40,961 nt of DNA from Atractiella rhizophila (taxonomy: Eukaryota), in NCBI GenBank assembly GCA_021432655.1, contig MU271213.1, positions 62,001-102,961 of the forward strand. Reading direction: 5' to 3'. This document shows positions 27,093-39,422 of the stretch, one piece after another. A model generated the notes under the pieces. The model made no database searches. It was not told the DNA's origin and was given only the letters and a program-made list of their open reading frames with translations. The position numbers were made by a program, and so were the translations under genes. The first letter of the stretch is position 1. Each line of letters begins with the position of its first letter.

Positions 27093-30000
27093 ATGCCGGC
27101 TCCAGTCGACACCCCAGTCTTTTCCGATTCAGGTTCAGAATACTCCATCGCTACGGGTCCAGGTGGGCGAGGAGGACCTCAGCGTTCTAGCAGTGTTGCG
27201 AGCAACTCGAGCTATGGGGGTGGAAAAAGTTATGTCGAAGCTGATAAGTATTATGGGTCCTCACATCAAATGAGGATAAAGACGAGGACCTTTAGTTTCG
27301 TGAGCTTCCCTTTTTTTCCGGCGATAGAATATGTGGTATGTTATATGGGAAAGGGAGTCTGATGCTCCTGTTTGTTCATGTGGGATAGAGCAAGACTCAG
27401 TCTATCACTCCCGGTCCGGGAAATAGGCAACGACGCTTATCCCAAGGTGTGTGCACTTTTGCAGAAATGGGACCCCACACTGAAGTCACATCGGTGTAGA
27501 TGAGCGAGGGACCAAACCACGGAAATTCCTCATCGACCTCGAAGAGACGATGAAGATTGTCCTTGAGCAAGAAGACACAGACGGCAACTTCCAGGTGCGT
27601 TTCTCTCTCCAATCATTTCATCCTCAGACTGACTTCGGACGAACCAACGTTAGATATCCGTCGACGACAAAGGTCCTAAAATCTTCCCCCTCGGAACCGC
27701 TCACTCGAACGGTTTCAAGTCCTTCGACATCCGAGGGACGTACATGTTGTCCAACCTACTCCAAGAGCTCGCTCTCGCACAGTCGTACAACCGTCGTAGG
27801 ATCGTACTAGACGAATCCCGTCTGACTGAGAATCCAGTCAACCGTCTGAATCGAATGATCAAGAATGCTTTTTGGAGCGGATTGACACGACGAATCGACT
27901 CCCACGGTTTGAAACAGATCCTTTTGGACCCGAAGAACAGGAGTCCTGATCTCACTAGCTACATTTATGTCCCTTCTCATCCCGAGTGTAGCGATATGAG
28001 AGAATATTATCGCAATTTGGCGGTGAAGGATCCTTCGTTGAATCTCAAGGTCATCGAACTCCCTCCTCCGGATCAAATCGATGGAAAACTCACTTACTCC
28101 TTCAACTCCAAACCCGGAATTTTAGCGCTGGCCATGAGGAGGGAACATGAGAGGGAAGAGGAGACTTTGGAGAAGGAAGAGATTGAGGAATACATCAGGA
28201 TGCATGGAAAGAGACCGGATATCAGGGAACCGAAAGATAGAGGAGAGTTGACTGGCATTCCCTTCGTCGTACCAGGAGCAAGGTTCAATGAGCTGTACAA
28301 CGTAAGTTTTCGTCTTCGGTCTCTAAACTCTCCGAGGAGGAGGAGCTGACAACAAGCTTGTTGCAGTGGGACAGCTACTTCATCTCTCTTGGTCTGCTCG
28401 TAGACGACAAAGTAGAGCTCGCTCGAGGAATCTGCGAGCACTTTGCGTTCCAAGTGAAACACTACGGAAAGATCCTGAACGGCAACCGATCCTACTACCT
28501 CTGCCGCTCCCAACCTCCCTTCCTGACCGATTTCGCAGTCCAGATCTGGGCACGTCTACCCAAGACCCTTTCTACCAAGTCCTTCCTCCGTCGTGCGATC
28601 AAGGCTGCAATCAAGGAATACCACACCGTTTGGATGGCTCTTCCCCGCCTCGACCCCGTTTCAGGTCTGAGTAGGTTCAGACCTGGTGGACAGGGAATAC
28701 CTCCGGAAACTGAGGCGTCTCATTTCCTCCATATTCTCGAACCCTATGCTGAGAAACATGGATTGAGCGTTCATGAGTTTACGGAGGCTTATAATGAGGG
28801 AGTGATCAAGGAACCGGAGCTGGATGAGTACTTCTTGCATGACAGGTAAACCTCACCTCTTTCCCCAAATTAGAAACGTGAGACTCACGCGTGCCTACTT
28901 CAGAGCGGTAAGAGAGTCTGGTCATGATACCACATACCGTTTCGAAAAGGTCTGCGCCAACCTCGGAACTGTCGATCTCAATTCTCTGCTTTACAAATAC
29001 GAGATCGACATCGCGTCTGCGATCAAGTCTGTATTTGACGACCGTCTCGAATTGGACGATGAGTTCGACCTATCGCCCTACCCATTCGGGAGCGAAGTTC
29101 CAGACCACGTCGACCGACGAGAGAAGTCGACATTCGCCTCGTATGTTCCTAGCCAATCGCCTTGGTTCAGCAACAAGGAGGGAAGGGAACGGATGCCCAA
29201 GATTTCGTCGACTGCGAAGGTTCAGACGAGCGCGGAGTGGTTGGCGAGAGCGATGAGGAGGAGGAAACTTATGGATAGGTATATGTGGCATGAGGGAAAG
29301 GCAATGTATTTCGATTATGATACCGTCAAGAGGAAGATGGGACTTTACGAGTCCGTCACTTGCTTTTGGCCTATGTGGGCGGGATGCGCTAGCGAGCACC
29401 AGGCTCAACAACTCATGTTCGTTCTCTTCTTCATCAGCCTTTGGAAAATTGTAATGACCGACCGATGACCGTGGTGCAGGAGCAAAGCCCTGAAGAAGTT
29501 CGAGGTCACTGGCGGTCTCGTCAGCGGCACAAAAGAGTCGGTGGGCAAGATTGGACTCGACAAACCGAATCGTCAGTGGGAGTGCGTCCTCTTCTTTCCC
29601 TGCATCCGTTCTCTCATTGATGGTATTCGGAATAGTTATCCGTGCGCATGGGCTCCGCACCAAATCATGGGATGGATCGGAATGGAAAGGTACGGATATA
29701 ACGCCGACGCGGAAAGGCTTGCCTATCGATGGTGCTACATGCTCACCGCCGGCTTCGTCGATTTCAACGGCGTCGTTCCTGAGAAGGTAGGCCATTTTGT
29801 ATACAACGAGGAATCCTGACCGAATCTTATTTGTCGGATAGTTGGACGCGGTAGCTCTCTCTCATCACGTCACGGCGGAGTACGGCAACCAAGGCGTGGA
29901 CTTCAAGCGGATCAATCTCACAGGATTCGGATGGACGAACGCCTCGTACCAAATCGGACTCGAGTTCCTACAGGTCGCTCAAAAACGAGCGATCGGTAAC

Positions 30001-30270
30001 CTGATTGCTCCAGACGTCTTCTACAACATGGAAGGCAGACGTCGAGATCGCAACCAGGTGGAAGATTGGAGGGCAAAGGTGCATATGGGAGCTAATGGGG
30101 GAGAGAGTGAGCTTGAGAGGGAGAGGATGGAGAGGGAGGAGGTGGAGGAGAAGTGGGAGATGGTCCGTGATGGCAGGACTAGGAAGCTTTCTGCTGTCGC
30201 TGGCAGTCCGGGTGCGCCGAGCGAGTTTGGGAAGAAGCTGGTACAGGAGGCTAGTCAGACTAGCCCTTGA
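27093..30270 (+). CDS. NTH1: Neutral trehalase (GH37) with N-terminal PKA sites and Ca-binding motif
   Basis: RTFS/RRLS PKA-type sites, [85 protein letters not shown] and GFGWTNASY. Confidence 0.97.
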
Positions 30271-30754
30271 GTCCGAAGAGAGCACAGAAGGGAGGTTGAG
30301 GTTGAGTTGGGGTACCTTCAACCTCATTCAAGTGAAACGATAGAAGGCAAGAATGATTTTTTTGGTTTCGTTCGTCGTTCGTTCAAGTTGGCACCTCGTT
30401 CGAATCGCATTCTAGATCTACCTTGCTTATTCCTTATTTCTATCCCATACCCCATTCCCCTAATCCCCTCTGCCTTCATTTTTCCTTGCTAAATGTTTGA
30501 TGGATCGTTTTCGAGAATGAGGAGAAAGTGGCACATAATGTATGATTTATTGAGCATTGTCTCGCATGTGCTTATTTGTATGATAGAATCGAAAATCAAG
30601 AAATAAAAGCAATACATCATTTCATCTGCCATCCTCTGCTTGTGGTGCCTGTGAGGTCTACGATCTATTGAATCGAATCCAATGAAAATACAGAACAACA
30701 AATTTCTCCAGCTCCAACAGATTCGAACTGCTTCAAACTCAGAGAGTTAATTGT

Positions 30755-32167
30755 CTACGCAAACGATTTGTGTTTCCCACTCCACCTTTCCGACATCCCA
30801 TCAGCTCCTGCATTGAATCTGAATACAAACGAAGGAGAGAGCTCACAGGTCAGCAAAGAGTTTCCAAAGTACGGAGAACATGAGTCCCTGCAACCCATTT
30901 GCGAGCAACCTAGTCGGGAGACCTCTGAAGAGGACACCATTGAGTCCTTCCGCCGCATACACGTTCTTCAACGCTTGAGCTGTTACGTTACACAGGCATC
31001 AGCCTCTGTCACTGATTGGAAAAGGAGCAAGGTGGGGTAGAGGAGACGGACTGTAGGACACCTTCCGCTCGTCCACTTGCCGATAGGTCTTTAGTATCCT
31101 GAGCCAGTTAGAGACTGTGTCAGAGGCGATGGATGCGATGAAACCGATGAATGCTTGACGGAGGTAGATGAGCGCTAATTCATCCTCTGCAGGGAGAGGG
31201 AGGGTGCGTTTGAGAGAGTTATACGTCGCGAACCTGTCATCGTCATTGACAAATCGGCCGTTAGTAAGAAGATAAATAAACATTAAGAAGGAAGGATGGA
31301 GAGAAAAGATGAATCTCACCATGGATAGTGGCCCACGAAGGTAGCTGCCGCTGTTGCGAAAGCGCCATACCAAAGACTACCTATTCCGTTCTCCCTCACT
31401 CTTTGCTTTAAAATGGGAATTCCAGCCGGTCCTTGAGCTTGAAGGGTAGTCTTGAGGGTATCTATGGGCGTGAGGATCATGCGAAAGAGGGCAGCGGCAA
31501 GAGAAGCGAAGATGGTGATGAGGGGAGTGGTCCATTTAGGCGGGTCGAGCGAAGAAATGATACTCTCGATACCGGCATTGGCAAATGTGTCTCCGAATCG
31601 GGAGAGCGGTCCTTGGAAGATGGCTGCTGAGAGACCGGAGTAGAAACGTGGGATCTTGCCTGCTTGCCAGAGGAGAGAGACGGCGCCGGCGAAAGTGTGC
31701 CCAAAACGGTATTGGTAGTTCATCACCGCTACATCGATCCATAACAATCAGCATGTCTAGGATAAAATTAATTAAAGAAATGGAAGGAGGGACGAACTTC
31801 GTAAAGGCATCAAAGTTAGAACTTGCACCACCATCGCCGCGGCGCCGGACAATCCTCCTCCAAGAGCATCCTTCAAAGACTTTCGCCACTCGAATCCTCC
31901 CTTCTTCGAACCTCGGATCACAAATGCAGCCAACAGTCCCAATCCAGCGATACACACTCCCCAAAGGAGAGCGGTCTTCCATCCTGCGCTCTTTTCCTTC
32001 TCTGGGACTGTTCCCACTGGCTCGGCGGGAGGAGAGGCGAGTTTGGGAGGTGTGATAGACGAATATCCCGGAGGAGGAGTGGATGATTCTCCAGCCTCAG
32101 TGCTTAAAGCGGGAGGGAGCAGAGGCTGGCGCTCCAAATCGGCATCCTGGTTCAAGTTGGCCGACAT
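30755..32167 (-). CDS. Mitochondrial carrier (SLC25) family protein with N-terminal extension and extra TM helix
   Basis: Three carrier repeats: LMPLRAVMNYQYRFG...RFYSGL, LTPIDTLK...SLWYG, and SNWLRILKTYRQ...LFRGLPTRLLANGLQG. The protein ends LWSGKHKSFA-stop. Confidence 0.9.
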
Positions 32168-32474
32168 CGCTCGATGGACGAATCCCTATCAACTGAACAA
32201 ACTCGTCAAATGAAAATCTTCGCAAAATATTTTGGAAAGGCACTCACTCACGATGTCTGGGGCTTCAAAGGAGCAGGTGAATCTCACGCCTTTTTCTGAG
32301 GATTTGTCGACATTTTGAAATGCTGACTCTTGCGCGATCACGCGCTCCCACTGCTCAATCATGTGACCGGCGACTGTTTTCGTCTTTTCGTCCCTCGCGT
32401 CTTTCCCCTTCGACTACTTCAAATTGCTTCCGCTATCTTTATTCTAGCATATCATCTCAGCATCCTTTGTGACC

Positions 32475-34399
32475 ATGCAGACAGCACGGAAAGGCGTCCC
32501 GCCGCCCACGCGAAAGAGGACGTTCGCTCAGATATCCGCTCCTGCAGTTCAATCTCCTCAGAGGAAACGCGCCTTTGTGCCTAAGAACAATATGCCGAGT
32601 ATCGCGCCGCCAGAGTCATCGTCGGAAGAAGAGGAGGAAGAGGAGGAAGAGGGAGAGGGAGAGGGAGAAGATGGTGGGGAGGAAGATCGACTTGTGGGAG
32701 GAGAAGGAGAGGAAGCTGAGATGAACGAGGTGGTGGGTGCGTTGACTGAGGGGAGGAGGCCGCAGATTACTGCTAGGAAGAGCATTTCGAGGTTTGGGGT
32801 TAAAGGGAATGGGAATGGGAATGGGAAGGGAGGGAAGGGAGAGGAGAGGAGAGCTCGGAAGAGCATATTTCAGAATGTCGCTTCGATTGAACCCGCGACG
32901 ACGAAGCAATATTTTAAGGCGGACGCAAGGTCCAAGAAGGGTCCTGCGCGGGGTCCATCACCGCCAAAACGCCCTCGAGCCTCGAACAAGCAGTCCACCT
33001 CGAAAGGAGGTGCAAGGGCAGCCGATGAAGGCGTCGAAGACCTCGACTCTCCTCCGACATTTGAGCAGTTCCGAGCACTGAAGTCTCTGGGTACTGCAAT
33101 GCGGCTTGATCCTGAGGAGGAAGAGGAGGATGAATTACCGTTATTTTTGAGGAGGGGAAGTTGTGTTTGGGTCTATTACAGTGTGGAAGGGAGAAAGTAC
33201 GGAGGGAAAGAAGAGGTGGGTTTGGGACGAATCACGGATATGAGGATGCCTGCGCGACAGAAGACGGAGGGGGTCGTGGAGGCGGAGGCTGAGGAGACTT
33301 GGATCGAGGTCGAGTGGTTTTATAAGCCTTCGGACCTTGAATACTTCAAGTCAGTCCTCCACCCTTCTTTCCTTTGCGACAATTCGTTGTCATTATGTGC
33401 GCATTTACTTATCTAATTGGGATTGGGGAGCAGGAAATACGAATCCCTCTTGGACGGTCGACTGGCCTCTGAAGAGCTCGTACGGACGAACCATCGCGAA
33501 CTCGTATCCGTGTCCTCCATCGCTGGTTTCGCGGACGTGTGGGCGTTCGACGAGTCCACGAACACTGTCACGTACGAGGTTCCGAAGGTGGAAGAGAAGG
33601 GGATGAGAGGGGCATGGAAGATGAGCTCGATGGAGAAGCTGCAGAGCGGAATGAAGAGTCAGAATGGACGCTGGAGCGCCGGGATGGAGGAGAGGGCTTG
33701 GTTTTGGAGGTTTGAGCTGTCGAGGAGGGGGAGGGGGAATAGCGCTACCATTTCTCTTAAGGTCAGTCATCTCTCATGAATTTGTTACATCACTAGTCGT
33801 TTACTAATATATATGGAATCCGACAGCCTGGAACACACATCAAGCATTGTACTTGTCGAGGACCTTACATTACATGGAAACCAATGATACACTGCGAGAG
33901 CTGTAAACTCTGGATTCACTCCTCATGCGCCATCGAAAAAGCTCCACAAACCTCACAGGACGCGAGCGAAGAGAAAGACTCGCCCTTTGTCTGGGATTCT
34001 CAAGGACGGGGAGGGCAAGACGCACCCGCGGACCTGCTGCAGTATGCACAGCGATCAATCGTCAGAGGAGGGAGTTATGGGCTCACTGGAAACTATGAGC
34101 TCGTGATGAGGTGTCGACAATTGGTGCGGGAGGAGATGTGGGAGACGTATGGGGAGGACGCAGAGGAGTCAGAGGAATCAGAAGATGAGATGGGGGAGAA
34201 GGAGAAGCCGAAGTGGAAGAAGGAGATTGAGCGGTTTGAGGAGTGGAACGACTATTATCAGAGGGAGGGCAGGGGTGCGATTGTGCCTTTTGTGTGGGAG
34301 GGAAGAGGAGGGTGGGAGAAGAAAGAGAAGAAGATCGAAAGGGGAAGGGATGACGTTGTTGAAAAGATGTGGTGCCCAAAATGCCTCACCAGAATTTGA
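32475..34399 (+). CDS. BAH-PHD chromatin reader (EPR-1/BP1/EBS-SHL-like architecture, split PHD finger)
   Basis: BAH: LGRITDMR...WIEVEWFYKP...EELVRTNHRELVSVSSIAG...WFWRF. PHD: CTC-RGPY...IHCESCKLWIHSSC, an insertion containing RSIVRGG..GLTGN, and terminal WCPKC. Confidence 0.82.
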
Positions 34400-34870
34400 A
34401 CGGTGAACTGGGGACTATTTAATGGAGGGAACTGCAAATCGTGATGGAGCATCTTGGTATTTTGTCTTCTATGTTGGAAGCACTTTGTTATTTTATTTTG
34501 TTTGTTAGCAATTGGTTTGAGCAATACGGTAAATGGTAATACCCCGCGGCATCTTGCTGCCACCATATCAGACCGTATTCAACCTCCCTCCCTGAGATTA
34601 CGATCAATTATACGTAAAGAAAGCTGACGAAGGTAAGAAAGCGGTAATGGGAGAACAACAACAGGTCCGGCAAGGCTTCGCGCCGACAAGACACAGGGCT
34701 TTCGAAGCCTGTGCCTTTCCCGGCTTCTTCCGTCCACAAAAATTTATTTTCCCCAAAAACCAAAAAGAACGACCGCTTCGCTTTCAACTTCGCTTTCACA
34801 CTCTTCTCACCCACTCCACTCATCACCGTGCGTGCTCGTCTGTAGCTAGGTGCTGCCTAACGTTATGTAG

Positions 34871-37144
34871 ATGTTCGCTGCTCGCCGCTCAACTTCTCTC
34901 CTCTCCGCCGCTGTGAGCTCCTTCGTCATTGTACACGTGTATGGGAACTGACACGGGTCGGATGGGTTAAGCGCGGTGTGAGCTCAAAAAGACTTGCGTC
35001 CAGCAAGAGCATCACTCAGACACTCGAGGAAATCATTCCGGAACGTCAGGAGTTTGTGAAGAAGCTGAAGTCCGAACATGGATCCAAGAGCTTGGGGGAA
35101 ATCAAGGTCGAGAACCTTTTAGGTGAGCTATTCGTTATCCTTTGGGAATTATAGGAACAGAAGTGCTGGGACGTAAAATACACTGGGTCTCCAACCTCGT
35201 CGCTCTGCCCTTGCTCCATCCTTTGCCGGCAGGGTTGACCGCTTACCTGAAGGTTAATGCTGTCATATTTCCTCAATGATCAACAAACCACTCGGCCACC
35301 TTTATAGAAAGCCGAAGTAGCCACAAACTGAAGGATTGCCTACATAACATGGCAGTGTAACCTGCACCACAGCAGTCGATGTGGCAGTCTAATTTGGATG
35401 ATTCCAAAGCGATTGTCACGGCCCCTTTGAACCTGCCAACAATGCTTAACTTCCAATTTGTAACATGCTGACGTGTTCTCGAACAAACAGGTGGTATGCG
35501 AGGCCTCAAAGTGATGCTGTGGGAGCCTTCCGTCCTTGACGCGAATGAAGGAATCCGGTTTTGGGGAAAGACCATCCCTGAATGCCAGGAGATCCTCCCT
35601 TCCGCTGGCAAGGCCATTCAAGGTCTTGAGGGAGAGGAAATGCTCCCTGAAGCCATGTTTTGGTATCTTTTGACCGGTCAGGTACCTACCGTTGAACAGG
35701 TGCGTTGATTCATGTCATACGTTAACCTGTGCGGTTAAAGCGATGTCGGTTAGACCGCAGAGTTTACCAAGGAGTTGGTGGAGAGGAGCAAACTGCCCAG
35801 TTACGTCGAGAAGGTCATCGACTCTTTTCGTAGGCTGTCTTCCTCCCCTGAAGTTCTCAGTGGTGACTGTGAGCACAGCCAAAACCCTCCACCCCATGAC
35901 CCAATTCGTCTCCGCACTCGCTACCCTCAAGTATGTCATGCTCTATTTTTGCCGAAGCAATTGCCTGATGACGCCTGTCAAGTCACGACTCTAAGTTCGT
36001 CGCTGCCTACAATGGTGGTGTCAAGAAGGGCGAGTACTGGAAACCCACTCTCGAGGACTCCCTCGACTGTGTCGCCAAATCCTTCACCATTGCTTCCCGT
36101 GAGATGACCCTCTCAATTTCATCTGACACACTCCTCTAACTGGCTAGTGTGTGAAAAGGCATCTACAGGAACAAGTACCTTGATGGAGCCGCTGGCATGC
36201 CAGGCATTGACGGATCCAAGGATCTTTCCTGGAACTTCTCCAACCAGATCGGATTTGGGGACAAGCAGGGATTCATTGAGGTGATCAGGCTCTACAACGC
36301 TCTTCACAGTTCGTCTTCCCTACCATTCCGTTTCTTGCATCGTTCTTGATCTGATGCATGAAATGAACAGCCGACCACGAGGGAGGAAACGTCTCGGCCC
36401 ACACTACCCATCTCGTGGGATCAGCCCTGTCCGACCCCTTCCTCTCTTACTCCGCCGCCCTCGCTGGTCTTGCTGGTCCCCTCCATGGGCTCGCGAACCA
36501 GGAAGCGCTCCGATTCATCCTTTCCATTAAGGATTCGATTGGAGCTGCCGATATCACTAATGACAGGGTCAAGGAGGAGTTGTGGAAAGTCCTCAAGAGT
36601 GGAAGGGTCGTTCCTGGGTGCGTGTCCATACGTTTGAATACTATTGATGCAGTTTTGACGGTCGACGGATAGATACGGCCATGCCGTCTTGAGGAAGCCT
36701 GATCCCAGGTTCATTGCCCTCAGAGACTTCTCCCTGAAGTACACTGAGATCAAAGAAGACCCCGTCTTCAAGCTCGTTAACAAGGTACGTCCCAATGGCA
36801 TACTTTCGTGAGTGTAAAGCTGACGACAAGTGCAGACCTTCGAAGTCGCCCCTGGCGTCTTGACCGAACACGGAAAGACCAAGAACCCCTTCCCTAACGT
36901 CGATGCCGTCTCTGGATCGCTCCTCTACCACTTCGGATTGAGGCAATTCGAATACTACACCGTCACCTTCGGTACCTCCCGTGCTATGGGTGCTCTCTCT
37001 CAACTCGTCTGGGATAGGGGTTCGTAGATCCTCTATTTTATGAGAAATGTTCTAATCATTTTTACCTCTCCAGCCCTTGGAATGCCCATTGAGAGGCCGA
37101 AGTCTCTGTCCATGGAGGCTATCGCCAAGATCGTTGGTGCCTAA
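34871..37144 (+). CDS. Mitochondrial citrate-synthase-family enzyme, probably 2-methylcitrate synthase
   Basis: Presequence [16 protein letters not shown], then [61 protein letters not shown] and [25 protein letters not shown] and NVDAVSG (no His) resemble McsA rather than CitA. Confidence 0.88.
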
Positions 37145-37547
37145 AAAATTACTGGGATCTTCCTATCATTATATACCTACCATCTCCCCAACTAACTACC
37201 TTCTAACACTCTAAGCACGACTCAGTAATGCAAGGTAGATTAGGTTTTTCCTTGTATATCGATCTTTCGACGCTTGCAATGGCAGCTTTCGTTCTTCCTA
37301 TTTTGTCACGCACAATCCAATGCTCATGGCATTTCATTGCATTATCACCCCTTGATGAAGAAGACTGTGTATGGCTTCTTGAATCAGGAGAATGTGCCGG
37401 AATACAACGTCCTTGAGCACTTTATAAGCTGGTATGATTCAAAACGAACGACAGTGTGTATAGTAGCAAAATGCACCCTCCATCCCTCAAACAGACTTGC
37501 AAATCAATCGATCCAACAGAATTTCAAGAATAAAGAAGCAAAGGAAA

Positions 37548-39422
37548 TCAATTCTTTTTGGTAGAGGGTTCTCGAAGCAGAGCATTGATAGCTGATCCTC
37601 TGTAGAGTGAAAGTCCGGAAACGACGCTATCGTTCGGTTGATGACCCTTGGTAGAGTTATCGTTCAACCTCTTTCCGAACGTGTCCACGCTAGCGGCAGG
37701 GGAGTAGATGGACTCCACCGTGTGCTCTGTCATGGCTGAGAGGTGTCCCTTTATCGAACTCTTCCATCAGCTCTTTCACCCCTAAACAAAAGAATGGAAA
37801 CGTACGGGTTTTCCCAAAGCAGAGGGGTTGAGAGCTTCTCTATCCAGAAAAGCTGGGGTAAATGTGTTCAGACTGGCTTTATCGCTGTCGATTCCACTAT
37901 CTGGTGTATTCCTTCCGCTTCCAGGGAGAGGAATATTGACGTTCGGCTTCCACCACTTCTTCTTCTTTCCAACAGCCGAAACGGTATCCATACTCCACCT
38001 ACTCTTCTTCATCCCACTCGCCGTCGTAGCACTCGACTCCGCTCTCCTCCTTCCCTGAATCTTACCGCTAGGGTCTTCCGTCACGACGGTAACTTTTGGA
38101 GGGGGACGATAGGACACAGAAATGGAAGGTTGTTGGTATTGATGCGTCGGTGCGGGCCTGGAAATCATCTGCTCTCGAATCGCTTGAGCGTTCAAGATTG
38201 GGACTCTGACTCCAGTATCGAGAGCTTCCTTTGAGTCCATGCTCGACTTGGAGCGAACGCTGGCTGCTCGCTTGGCAATGGGGAAATTGCGGAGGAAAGG
38301 AGAGTGTTGGATCCATAACAGGAGGGTGATGACGTAGAACGCAGGGAGAAGGTTGATGGGAACCATCCACCAGACTCTCCTCCTAATTCCAAGAGTGGCA
38401 TTAGTGAGGTAACAGGTTGATAGAAGGAGAGATACTTACTTAGGAATGAACCAAATTCCAATGGTAGAGCCTTGTACAAGGAGGGTCAGGAAACCTGACT
38501 GAACTATCCAGATCCTCCAGAAAGCATTGAAAGCTTCGCTGTACCTCGTCCTCTGCTTCTTCCTGTACCTAATTGGGGATCCATTGCCCAAAAGTGCACC
38601 CTTTTCGTCGTATTCGCCTTCAGCGAAGGAGCTCTTGAGGTTCCACTTCTCCTCCTCCTCCCCTTCCTCATCACCTACAATCCTAGACGACCTCGCCCAA
38701 TACTTGGACGAAGCGAACATAAGTGCGCAGAAAGTGGCGTTAAAGGTGGTGAGGGAGATGATCCAGGTCAGCGAGGAATAGAAAAACAAGTCGCCATTCT
38801 GATGTTTTCCGGGAGTTTTGATCGCTGATATCGCGCCGGCAGGGGTCGAGACGAGGATAGATGAAGCGAGGAAAACGAGCACGGGGCCACTTGATGGTTC
38901 TGGAGAGGGAAGATGGCAGCAGACGGACGAAGAGAGAGCGGACGATCCAGAGGAGGTAACTTTGGACGACTGCTTGGATGCCAGTGGTTATCAAGAGGTA
39001 GAGGACAGAACTCGTGTCTGCGATGTCGTCTCTGTAGGTATAGAGTGGGAGTCTGAGCACAAGGTCGAACCTGTCATAACTGCAAGTCAGGATTGAATAG
39101 CATCCGAGTGGAAAACGTACACCTGTACGCATTCAATCACCGTTTTGATACCAACCACCGCAACAAGGAGAAGGGCAAAGTAAGCCTCCTTGGTACTCCC
39201 CAATTCCCAACCCACCCTCCTCCTTCTCCCTCGACTCAGCCAAAATTCCCTCGCAACGAGAAGCAAGATTCCTAGAACCCAACAAGCGGAAAATCCAGCA
39301 CTGAGCAAGGAAGCTCGCACTTGATCGGTGGGTTGGTCAGCGAAGGCAGGTGGAAGGGTTGGGTTGGCAAATTCCGCTCCAGGAAGGGAGGAGTCTTGGC
39401 GTTTGTAAAGGATGGGAGCCAT
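37548..39422 (-). CDS. Fungal multi-pass integral membrane protein (GPCR-like/DUF6534-like topology) with cytosolic C-terminal tail
   Basis: Six to seven hydrophobic segments are spread over exons 39422-39120, 39070-38440 and 38390-37790, followed by an S/P/K-rich tail ending STKKN-stop. The family assignment rests on topology only. Confidence 0.6.

Noticed and set aside
20961..34566. Numerous long antisense or alternative-frame ORFs (e.g. 20961-21515, 29070-29795, 31585-32055)
   Set aside because: They are shadows of well-supported genes on the opposite strand, with low-complexity or motif-free translations.
37130..37170. Stop-codon readthrough producing a cryptic peroxisomal signal on the citrate-synthase-family gene
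   Set aside because: The stop context is TAA AAA, not the TGA CTA readthrough motif, and no PTS1-like end is evident.
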